64,000 nt of DNA from Candidatus Poribacteria bacterium. Lineage in GTDB: Bacteria; Poribacteria; WGA-4E; WGA-3G. Shown in pieces: positions 10,471 to 19,325 of the stretch. The translations under genes were made by a program, and so were the position numbers. The stretch's first letter is position 1. Each line of letters opens with the position of its first letter. The notes beneath the pieces were generated by a model. That model saw only the letters and a program-made list of their open reading frames with translations, ran no database searches and was not told the DNA's origin. The stretch spans positions 4,128,001-4,192,000 of the forward strand of contig OZ251518.1 of assembly GCA_965242965.1 (NCBI GenBank), in the 5' to 3' direction.

Positions 10471-11178
10471 TTGAAAGTTTTGACAGTCTTTGCAATTCTG
10501 TTTTTTGCCACGCTTCTTGGACTGATTTTCTACGCGCACTACGATACCAATAAGTTCATCGAAAGCCTCCCGCAGGCACCCGCTCAGCAACGTGAAGTGG
10601 AGCCGGAAGAAAAAACACCAAAGCCACACGAGAAGGGGACTGCCGAAAACGAGGCAGAACAGCACTTAGAGGATACCGCGCCTGTGCCCGACACCCACGG
10701 CCATTTTCAGGAGTCTACCGATTCGCATGGGCACGGCCATCATGCTCCCGCGTCTGCGGATTCAACCTCTTGGGGGGATGCTTTGGAAACTGATCTGCCG
10801 CTGCCCGCCGAAGAAACGGGTGAAGAAACCACAAGCGCGGTGCAACTGCCCCCGGGTCTCGTGCCTTGGAAGACGGTCGGTCCCGATGGGGAAATCGTTT
10901 ACGATAGAGCGGCTGTCATCGCGGCGTTTGGAAACACCCCGAAAGTCCATGCCTATTTAGAATTGGCGAGGAAAGTCAACACGGCTGACTCCTACACGCA
11001 GAAAGAGATATACGAGTTTATGGTATTGGAGAAAGAGTTCACTCAGGATCCGAATATCCTGCCATCCCACCTAGAAAAGATGAGAAGGAGTGCTGTTCAA
11101 AATCCGGATGGAGTGATTCCGTCTTGGCGGGCTTTGAAAAATAATCCGAATATGAGGATAACGATAAGAGAGAAATAA
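10471..11178 (+). CDS. Membrane-anchored His-rich hypothetical protein
   Basis: AGGAGG RBS before TTG 10471; TM helix then KFIESLP and HGHF..HGHGHH. The upstream part of the tracked ORF is repeat-derived. Confidence 0.75.
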   Translation: MKVLTVFAILFFATLLGLIFYAHYDTNKFIESLPQAPAQQREVEPEEKTPKPHEKGTAENEAEQHLEDTAPVPDTHGHFQESTDSHGHGHHAPASADSTSWGDALETDLPLPAEETGEETTSAVQLPPGLVPWKTVGPDGEIVYDRAAVIAAFGNTPKVHAYLELARKVNTADSYTQKEIYEFMVLEKEFTQDPNILPSHLEKMRRSAVQNPDGVIPSWRALKNNPNMRITIREK

Positions 11179-11180
11179 TT

Positions 11181-11563
11181 GAGGGTGTTTCATATCTCAA
11201 TGCCTTCCGGGTAGGAGAGACCTCCTGGTCTCGATGCAATAGGGCGGCGCGCCTGCCGGGGGCGTGGCGGCAGAAACCCCCCTTCATCGTAGGGCGAGGG
11301 ACAGGCCATCGCCAGCGTCCGCGCAATACAACGCTCGCGGGGGCCTGTCCCCCGCGCTACGGAAAAAAACGGCACTTCACCGTAGGGCGAGGGCCTGTCC
11401 CTCGCCATCGCTTGAGCACCCGGCCCTGTAGGGCAGGATCAGGCGATCCTGAACTGTTCGGGAGCGGGTGCTCCCGAACTACAGAGGTGGGCCCGATGCC
11501 TGCCGGTATTCGCCAGCCCTCCAAGGCGGGATAAATACCGAAACGGAGTTATGAAACACCTTC
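11181..11563. mobile_element. MITE-like element with TIRs and 3-bp ATT flanking duplication
   Basis: att|GAGGGTGTTTCATA ... TATGAAACACCTTC|att; interior consists of REP hairpins. Confidence 0.7.
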
Positions 11564-11564
11564 A

Positions 11565-12335
11565 TTAATACGAGACCGGCACCGGCGCATAACTGTTAAA
11601 CCCTTCTGTCCTATCTTCGCCTTGCAACAGATAGATCTGGTGCTTGCGCCGCCACTCGGCACCCGGATACCGCACATCCGCCGGCATATAGCGCATCGTG
11701 TAACCGCACCGCCGTTTCTGCGAGACGTTTGGACTAGAATTGTGGATTGTCCACGCATCGTGAAAATGACACTCGCCGACTGCCAATTCCAAGTCAACGG
11801 CGCGCGAGATGTCCATGTCTTCCCCGACAACTTCGCTGCCGAAGAGGTTGTTATCGCGATTCACTGCCTCATAGCGCCGGTCGCGGAGCCGATGGCTGCC
11901 GGGGATGACGCGCATGCAGCCGTTTTCTACCGTCGATTCGTCCACAGCCAGCCACATCGTAATGACGTTCATCGGTTCTAGGGATTTGCCCCAGTAGACT
12001 CCATCTTGGTGCCACGGCACCTCCATGCCGTCGCTCGCACGCTTGCTAATAAAATGGCTGGACCAGAGGACGATATCCGGTCCGATGAACCGTTCAATTA
12101 CCTGCAGCACGCGCGGGTGTGTGAGGTATTTGAACAAAAAGGGATGCTCAAAATGCGGCACGTCCATCTGTTCGGGACGTTTTCCTTCTGGCAAATCGGC
12201 TATCATCGCGTCCACGTAATCGCGCAGTTCGTCCAATTCAGGTTCGGTAAAAATCCTACCGAATGTGAGGTAGCCGTTCTCTCGGTAAAATGCGACCTGG
12301 GCATCGGATGCGGTGGTTTCTATTTTCCAATTCAT
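11565..12335 (-). CDS. Phytanoyl-CoA dioxygenase (PhyH) family Fe(II)/2OG oxygenase
   Basis: FYRENGYL, PWHQD, ENGCMRVIPGSH, distal His (IHNS) and RRCG. Confidence 0.93.
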   Translation of the reverse strand: MNWKIETTASDAQVAFYRENGYLTFGRIFTEPELDELRDYVDAMIADLPEGKRPEQMDVPHFEHPFLFKYLTHPRVLQVIERFIGPDIVLWSSHFISKRASDGMEVPWHQDGVYWGKSLEPMNVITMWLAVDESTVENGCMRVIPGSHRLRDRRYEAVNRDNNLFGSEVVGEDMDISRAVDLELAVGECHFHDAWTIHNSSPNVSQKRRCGYTMRYMPADVRYPGAEWRRKHQIYLLQGEDRTEGFNSYAPVPVSY

Positions 12336-12384
12336 ATTTTTCTCCTAAATTTTAGGGCGGTTCGTGTGCCGCAAGAACTCCGTC

Positions 12385-12960
12385 TTCATCGTAGGGCGAG
12401 GGCCTGTCCCTCGCCATGTCCTGGTAGGAGAGACTTCCCGGTCTCGATGCGCGCGATGTTCCCGTAGGAGAGACTTCCTAGTCTCGATGCAATAGGGCGG
12501 CGCGCCTCCCGGGGCCGCGGCGGCAGAAAGCCCACCCCTTGAAAAAACGGTTTTTAGGTCCGTAGGACCCTAATGTCTATAGTTCGCGTGCCCGCCAAGA
12601 ACACTAAGGTCCTTTAGGGCCTTAATAGTTTTTGCCAGGTCGGCGCGTGTTTTTATTAAGGACCTAAAGGACCTTGAAAAGTAACGACACGTGTATCTAT
12701 AGACATGTAGGTCCTAAAGGACCTAAAAACATAACTTGCCGATGGAGCTCGCGGGGGACAGGCCCCCGCGCTACGGGAACATCGAGACCAGGAGGTCTCT
12801 CCTACCCGGAAAGGCATTGATATACGAAACACCCTCGCCTGAGCTATTTCCAGCCTTGCGAGGGACAGGCCCTCGCACTACGATTGCCGGATGTTTTTTG
12901 ATTCAGTTTAGCGTGTCACCACAATCATTGCGAGGGACAGGCCCTCGCACTACGTTCGCC
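12385..12960. repeat. REP mosaic with AGGTCC/CTATAG element (about 12553-12728) and a right TIR at about 12823-12836
   Basis: Direct inspection of repeat units. Confidence 0.9.
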
Positions 12961-12998
12961 GGCCGTTTTTTGATTCAGTTTAGCATGTCACCACAATT

Positions 12999-13027
12999 TT
13001 GACAAATTGTAAGGTGCATGCTAAAAT
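12999..13027 (+). promoter_or_regulatory. Sigma70 promoter of glycerate kinase gene (probably leaderless mRNA)
   Basis: TTGACA-17 bp-TAAAAT with extended -10 TG; ATG begins 8 nt after the -10 box; no SD. Confidence 0.65.
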
Positions 13028-13034
13028 TCTACCC

Positions 13035-14173
13035 ATGAAAATCGTAGTTGCACCTGATTCATTCAAAGGCAGCGTCACCGCACTGCAAGCCGCAAGTGCG
13101 ATGGAGACAGGGCTCCGCCGCATCTTCCCTGCTGCCACTATTGAGAAAGTTCCGATGGCAGATGGCGGCGAAGGCACCGTGCAATCTCTCGTTGATGCCA
13201 CCGGTGGACATTTCCAGACGCGCCGTGTCCTCGCGCCTCTCGGTGACGAAGTTGACGCGCAATTCGGCATCCTCGCCGATGGAGATACGGCTGTGATTGA
13301 GATGGCTGCCGCCTCCGGTCTGACGCTTGTCCCACCCGATAAACGGAATCCTCTTAAAACGACAACCTACGGGACGGGGCAACTTATCCGCGCCGCGCTG
13401 GAAGCCGGATGCAGACGCTTGATTATCGGCATCGGCGGCAGTGCTACCAACGATGGCGGCGCAGGCATGGCGGAAGCACTCGGCGTGAAATTATTGGATG
13501 CAAACGGAAAACCGATTCAGCGCGGCGGCGGTGGACTCGGCACTCTCGCGACAATAGACATCACCGGCTTGCATCCCGCGATTGCCGAAACGGATACCGT
13601 CGTCGCTTGTGATGTCAACAACCCTTTAACCGTCCCGAAGGCGCGTCGCATGTCTACGGCCCGCAGAAGGGAGCAACGGCTGCGATAATCGAGACGCTAG
13701 ATGCACATCTCGCGCATTTTGACGCAGTCTTAACACAAACGCTTGGCAAATCGTTTAACGCCATTCCCGGCGCGGGTGCCGCTGGCGGATTAGGTGCTGG
13801 GCTCATGGCGTTCCTCAACGCAGAACTGCGCCTCGGTGTTGACATCATGGTAGATGCGGTGAAACTCAAGGAGCGTATCAAAGGTGCCTCTCTCGTCTTC
13901 ACAGGTGAAGGGCAGCTCGATTTTCAGACAGTTTTCGGCAAAACGCCTGTCGGTGTCGCCAAGGTAGCGAAGGCATACAACATCCCCGTTATCGCCATTG
14001 CCGGCGGCATCGCTGAAGGTGCCGAGGCGGTGTATGACGCTGGCATTGATGCGATGTTAGGCATCGTTCATGAACCGATGTCGCTTGAACTTGCCGTCGC
14101 GGATGCCTCGCGATTAATCGCTGATACCGCGGAACGGGCGGCACGGTTAATCGCGATTGGACAAAAGTTTTGA
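13035..14173 (+). pseudogene. garK: Glycerate kinase (GarK/GlxK) with single-base frameshift at about 13632
   Basis: MKIVVAPDSFKGS, MADGGEGT, GIGGSATNDGG in one frame; GASHVYGPQKGA, GAGAAGG, TGEGQLD in another. One G is missing at ACC-G(G)T-CCC (NPLTGPEG). Confidence 0.85.
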
Positions 14174-14189
14174 TGCGATAACCCTTTTG

Positions 14190-14478
14190 GCCCGTAGCGC
14201 GGGGGCCTGCAACTGAAACCCCTTTGGCCCGTAGCGCGGGGGCCTGTCCCCCGCGATCGTCGCATGGCGAGGGACAGGCCCTCGCCCTACGGTAAACTGA
14301 AACCCCCTTCGCCCCGTAGCGCGGGGGCCTGTCCCCCGCGATCGTTGCACGGCGAGGGACAGGCCCTCGCCCTACGGTATGCGGCACGTTTTTTCACGTA
14401 GCGCGGGGGCCCTCGCGCATCCGAGCGGGTTTCCCCCGCGATCGGTGCATGGCGAGGGACAGGCCCTCGCCCTACGTG
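14190..14478. repeat. REP mosaic between convergent genes
   Basis: Paired GTAGCGCGGGGGCCTGTCCCCCGCG and GGCGAGGGACAGGCCCTCGCCCTAC units. Confidence 0.9.
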
Positions 14479-14489
14479 CAACTGATTTT

Positions 14490-15821
14490 TCACGTTACCG
14501 ACGTATCTTTCAAAAAATCGTCTGTCTCAATCTGCCACTGATGCATATCAGCGGCAAGCGATTGGATGCGTTCCGCATGTTCAGGCAACATCGAAAGATC
14601 GGTTGTCTCACCCGGGTCGTTCGCCAGATCGAAGAGTTGGATGCGGTTCGTCCCCGCGCCTGTCTCTTTAGATACGTAGTAACGGATGAGTTTCCAACGT
14701 CCATCGCTGACGGTGCGCTGAATGTCGCGATAGGCGGCGAAAACAGTCTCGCGAACGCGTTCCGCGCTACCGTTCATCAACGGCACTAAACTCCTCCCCT
14801 CAACCGTATCCGGACATGCCCCGTCGGTTAACTCACAAACGGTAGGAAACACGTCGTAGAGATAGGTTAACGCATCGACTGTTTTGCCTTCGGGCACCCC
14901 CGGTCCTGCGAATATCGATGGCACGCGGATGCTGTGGCTATAGAGATTCTGTTTGCCTAACAGCCCGTGCTGTCCGACGGCTAATCCGTGGTCTGCCGTG
15001 TAAATAATCAGCGTATTTTCCAACTGCCCGGTGGCTTCCAGCGTTTTCAGCACGCGCCCGATCTCAGCATCCATGTGCGAGATCATCCCGTAATAGTCGG
15101 CGATGTGTTGCTGCACGATTTCTGGGGTGCGCGGGAACGGTGCCAACACTTCGTCTCGGATGCGCATTTCGCCGTTGTCAAACGGATGCTCCGGCATGAA
15201 GTTTTCAGGGACAGGTATCTCCTCCGGCGCATACATCGACGCGTATTCGCCGGGCGGCGTTCTCGGGTCGTGCGGTGAAGTGAACGCAAGGTAGAGGAAA
15301 AACGGGGCATCGGCATCGTATTCCTGCAAGAATTGCACCGCTTCATCGGTAAACATCTCGGTAGAGAACTTCTCGCCGATATATTTCGCCGTGTTGGGAT
15401 AGGCACCGTTTGCGTCATAATCAAAGACAGGCACCTCAAAATGACTGCTCATTCCGCCGAAGAAGATTTTGGCACCATCGGCGAAACTGTTAGTGAACGT
15501 CTGTTTGTCGTTATGCCATTTCCCGGTTGCGAAGGTATGATACCCTTCTTCGCGCATCACCTGCGGCCACACTGCTAAATCACGGTTAATCTCCTGCATG
15601 CCGCTGCGAAATAGACTCGCGCTTGTCAGCACGGCGGCGCGACTCGGCACACAAACGGCACCGACAAGCGAGCCCATGATATGCGTTTGTCGGAATGTCG
15701 TCCCGCGCGCCATGAGTGAATCGAGGGTAGGCGTTTGCACCGTTGCATCGCCCATCGCGCCGATGGCATCAAACCGATGGTCATCGGCTATCATGAAAAG
15801 AATGTTGGGTTGTGAAGGCAT
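14490..15821 (-). CDS. Sulfatase (formylglycine-dependent, choline-sulfatase-like)
   Basis: PNILFMIADD, CVPSR (CxPxR), GKWH, PHDP, DHG, GKQNLY. Confidence 0.95.
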   Translation of the reverse strand: MPSQPNILFMIADDHRFDAIGAMGDATVQTPTLDSLMARGTTFRQTHIMGSLVGAVCVPSRAAVLTSASLFRSGMQEINRDLAVWPQVMREEGYHTFATGKWHNDKQTFTNSFADGAKIFFGGMSSHFEVPVFDYDANGAYPNTAKYIGEKFSTEMFTDEAVQFLQEYDADAPFFLYLAFTSPHDPRTPPGEYASMYAPEEIPVPENFMPEHPFDNGEMRIRDEVLAPFPRTPEIVQQHIADYYGMISHMDAEIGRVLKTLEATGQLENTLIIYTADHGLAVGQHGLLGKQNLYSHSIRVPSIFAGPGVPEGKTVDALTYLYDVFPTVCELTDGACPDTVEGRSLVPLMNGSAERVRETVFAAYRDIQRTVSDGRWKLIRYYVSKETGAGTNRIQLFDLANDPGETTDLSMLPEHAERIQSLAADMHQWQIETDDFLKDTSVT

Positions 15822-15929
15822 GTTTTTATCCTATAGACATTAGTTTTAATAGTTGAGATCAGGCGAGCTCAACCTACAGAGACTTTTTGTGGAAGTATAG
15901 CATGGTTCGCGGAAAAATGGAAATTCTTC

Positions 15930-15958
15930 TTGATTCTTAATCCATTTTGCGGTATAAT
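15930..15958 (+). promoter_or_regulatory. Sigma70 promoter upstream of the ATPase-PIN pair
   Basis: TTGATT-17 bp-TATAAT; AGGAGG RBS at about 16033. Confidence 0.55.
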
Positions 15959-16046
15959 AGTTTTGAAGGGTTCTTGTCACATGTAGGCATGCGAGGGACA
16001 GGCCCTCGCACTACAGAACATGAGGTGATTATAGGAGGAATGAACG

Positions 16047-17396
16047 ATGCTAACGCATATCCGTATGAAAAACTTCAAATCGTGGAAAGACAGCGGCAAG
16101 GTGAAACTCGCGCCGCTGACCGGCTTTTTCGGCGCGAACAGTTCTGGCAAAAGCAGTCTCTTGCAAATGCTGTTGCTCCTGAAACAGACAATCGGCAGTG
16201 ATGAGGTGCTGTTCTTCGGCGACGAAAACTCACTTGTCAACCTCGGCAGTTTTGACGAAGTGATTCATCGCCATAACCGAGACGCGCGACTTGAGTTGGA
16301 ATTTGGCGGCAACCTTCGGGAACCGCGTCTCGTTGACATTCCTTTGGAAAAGGGACGATTGGACAAAACGGCGGTAGATGGCTTCACTTTCCACACGGTG
16401 CTCAGCGCGGGAAATGGGGAGCCTAAGATTCAAAACTTTCGCTATGTTTCCTCCACCGGCCGCCCGAAAATAATCTGGCATTTTCTCCAAAGCAAGGTAG
16501 AAGGAGGGAGAATAAGACGACTAGGCCATCAATTTTTCAACGGCAAGAACCTGGGACACGCCTATGTCCACAACTGCTACGGAGTGCCTGCACTGCGGCG
16601 GAATATACAATGGGATAGCAAATTCTTAGGACAATTCTCATCGCTCTTTAAGGCATTCTTTTCCGACCTCTATTATCTCGCCTCAACTCGGGCTGAGCCG
16701 CGGCGGCACGATCGGTGGGAAGGGGAGCATGCGATAGACGTTGGGAAACGGGGACATGATGTCATTAGCGCGCTCCTGTCCGCGCGCGTGAAACATCGGG
16801 GACAGAATGAGGAACGAATCTCCGCGTGGCTCCGAGAGATGAAATTAGCGCACTCATTTTCGCTTGAAAGTCAAGACGACGATGAGAAGAACTACGAAAT
16901 TCGCCTCCGCAAAAACGCAGAAAGCCCCGCGGTGCCGCTGGTTGACATGGGATACGGATTGTCCCAGTTTTTACCGGTGCTGGTGCTTTGCTATTACGTG
17001 CCGAAGGGCTCAACGCTGATTCTGGAACAGCCCGGTATCCATCTGCATCCGATGGTGCAGTCTCAACTTGCCGACTTGTTGATAGAGGTTGTCACCGAAC
17101 GCAACCTGCAGGTTATCGTGGAGAGCCACAGCGAGCATCTATTGGTGCGCCTGCAACGCCGCATCGCTGAAGGAGGAACAGGAGAAACAACAATTAGCAC
17201 AGACGAAATCGGGCTCTATTTTTGCCGCAACGATGAGGCAGAGGGAGTTTCTACGTTGGATCCGCTGGATGTAGACAAGGTGGGTAACATCCGAAACTGG
17301 CCGGAGAACTTTTTCGGCGACGTGATGGGTGACATGTTTGCGATAACTGACGCGCAAGCGAAACAACTGAAACGTCAGGAAGAAGGAGGGGATTGA
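16047..17396 (+). CDS. ABC/SMC-type ATPase (AAA_15/AAA_21) with DUF3696-like C-terminus
   Basis: MKNFKS, Walker A GANSSGKS, signature MGYGLSQFLPVL, Walker B LILEQP, ESHSEH, C-terminal GNIRNWPENFFG. Confidence 0.88.
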   Translation: MLTHIRMKNFKSWKDSGKVKLAPLTGFFGANSSGKSSLLQMLLLLKQTIGSDEVLFFGDENSLVNLGSFDEVIHRHNRDARLELEFGGNLREPRLVDIPLEKGRLDKTAVDGFTFHTVLSAGNGEPKIQNFRYVSSTGRPKIIWHFLQSKVEGGRIRRLGHQFFNGKNLGHAYVHNCYGVPALRRNIQWDSKFLGQFSSLFKAFFSDLYYLASTRAEPRRHDRWEGEHAIDVGKRGHDVISALLSARVKHRGQNEERISAWLREMKLAHSFSLESQDDDEKNYEIRLRKNAESPAVPLVDMGYGLSQFLPVLVLCYYVPKGSTLILEQPGIHLHPMVQSQLADLLIEVVTERNLQVIVESHSEHLLVRLQRRIAEGGTGETTISTDEIGLYFCRNDEAEGVSTLDPLDVDKVGNIRNWPENFFGDVMGDMFAITDAQAKQLKRQEEGGD

Positions 17397-17956
17397 TGGA
17401 GGCAGTTATCATTGATACGAACGTGCTCGTCGTTGCAAACACGGAGATCCGAGAGGATGAAAACGGTAGGCTCATCGCTGTAGGTATGGCAAATCACGCT
17501 ACACCGGCGTGTATCATCACCTGCCAAAATCGGTTGGATCAGATTCGCAGCGGCTCTACAAAGGTCGTGCTGGATGACAGCGAGCGTATCGTCGGAGAAT
17601 ACCGGCGAAAGATAGAACGTTCGCGGCACCGCCGATTGCAGCAAAATCGCGCTGGAGATCTGTTTTGGGCTTGGTTAATGCGGATTCAGTGGCGTGAAGA
17701 AAAGTGCACGATGGTGCATATCACCCCGCGGCAGGAAAACGGCACAGAGTTTGAAGAGTTTCCCGACGATACAGCGTTAAACGACTTTGACAAGGACGAC
17801 AGGAAATTCATCGCGGTGGCAATTGCTTATACGCGCGACACTCAGCAGACAGCCCCTATCTTGCAAGCGGTGGATACAAAATGGGAAGGCTTCATTGAGG
17901 CACTACAGCGGCACGGCGTGGAAGTTGAGCAGATCTGCAAACCTGAGCAAGCCTAG
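17396..17956 (+). CDS. PIN-domain-like nuclease
   Basis: VIIDTNVL, EYRRK, FDKDDRKFIAVA and AVDTKW acidic residues; TGATG overlap with the ATPase stop. Confidence 0.75.
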   Translation: MEAVIIDTNVLVVANTEIREDENGRLIAVGMANHATPACIITCQNRLDQIRSGSTKVVLDDSERIVGEYRRKIERSRHRRLQQNRAGDLFWAWLMRIQWREEKCTMVHITPRQENGTEFEEFPDDTALNDFDKDDRKFIAVAIAYTRDTQQTAPILQAVDTKWEGFIEALQRHGVEVEQICKPEQA

Positions 17957-17965
17957 TTCTTATTT

Positions 17966-18422
17966 CCGGGTGTTTCATATTTCGATTCGTTCGTTAGGAG
18001 AGCCCTCCTGGTCTCGATGTTCCCGTAGTGCGGGGGCCTGTCCCCCGCGAGTGTTGGGTTGCGCGAGCGATGGCGAGGGACAGGCCCTCGCCCTACGGTG
18101 AGGGGGCGTTTTTTTTTCGTAGTGCGGGGGCCTGTCCCCCGCGAGTGTTGGGTTGCGCGAGCGATGGCGAGGGACAGGCCCTCGCCCTACGGTGAGGGGG
18201 CGTTTTTTTTTCGTAGTGCGGGGGCCTGTCCCCCGCGAGTGTTGGGTTGCGCGAGCGATGGCGAGGGACAGGCCCTCGCCCTACGATGAAAGGGGGCTTT
18301 CTGCCGCCGCTGCCCCGGGCTATTGCATCGAGACCAGGAGGTCTCTCCTACCAAGAAGACGCGGGAGTCGCCCGATCTCCAACGGAGAATAAATACCGAA
18401 ACGGATTTATGAACACACCCTC
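17966..18422. mobile_element. MITE-like element containing about three tandem 94-bp REP doublets
   Basis: Degenerate TIRs CCGGGTGTTTCATA / TATGAACACACCCTC; unit starting GTAGTGCGGGGGCCTGTCCCCCGCGAG at 18025, 18119 and 18213. Confidence 0.65.
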
Positions 18423-18428
18423 TCTTAT

Positions 18429-19202
18429 TTACATCCCATCAACTGCCTTGAAAAAATCAGCATTTGATGCGCTGAAACCGAACTGCTGTTCTACCTCCCG
18501 AATGGCAATTTCAGTGGTGAACAACGTATCAAACGTGTCAGGAAATTCCACACCCGTTGTGGCATCTCGGAGGAGGACGATGTTGTAGCCATAACGCGCC
18601 ATTGAACGGATACCGTAGTCCCTGCCTAAAACGCACCAATTCGTCGCGAAACCCGCATAGAGCAGATGCAAGATGTGCTGTTCCTCCAGCAACGCATGCA
18701 ACTGTGTCCCAGCGGCGATGACAAAATCATCGGCTTGAACGTCGATTGCCGGAGAGACAGCGAGTTCCGGTTCAAGGCTATCCCAATGCACACCGATGCC
18801 CGGCGGTTGACTGCGAGGACCGCGGTAAACCTCGAAGTCGCCTTCGCGAGAACGAAACGCCTCGGGCGGCCACGCCGATGGCACAGACGATTCAGGCGGT
18901 TTATGTCGACTGAGCTGCGGATACTGCGCGGCTACTGGCGGCGAGGGTGCATGAACGATTGTGACACCGGCTCTCCGTGCCGCATCTATCACGGGAACAA
19001 CGCAGTCTACCGTTATCTGTTTTGCCCGTTCGATCCAACTTTCAATGAAATGCACGTTCCACAGATCTACCAAGACCAGGGCTGTTTGTGCAACAGGCAT
19101 CGGCATCTCAAATTCGCGACGGATGAATTGCGTCTCGCGGCACGGGATATTTGCCGGCGTGCTATCTTGAAAGTAGCGCACGCGTAAATTGAGTTTTTTC
19201 AT
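18429..19202 (-). CDS. Isochorismatase-family cysteine hydrolase
   Basis: TALVLVDLWN, AARRAGVTIVH, AGFATNWCV, LLRDATT. Confidence 0.85.
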   Translation of the reverse strand: MKKLNLRVRYFQDSTPANIPCRETQFIRREFEMPMPVAQTALVLVDLWNVHFIESWIERAKQITVDCVVPVIDAARRAGVTIVHAPSPPVAAQYPQLSRHKPPESSVPSAWPPEAFRSREGDFEVYRGPRSQPPGIGVHWDSLEPELAVSPAIDVQADDFVIAAGTQLHALLEEQHILHLLYAGFATNWCVLGRDYGIRSMARYGYNIVLLRDATTGVEFPDTFDTLFTTEIAIREVEQQFGFSASNADFFKAVDGM

Positions 19203-19325
19203 GAGTTGTGTGAGGGTGTTTCATAAATCCGTTTCGGTATTTATCCCGCCACCAAAACGCATGGCGAGGGACAGGCCCTCGCCCTACGTGAAGGGGCGGC
19301 GTTTTTTTCACCGCACGCTGTTCAC

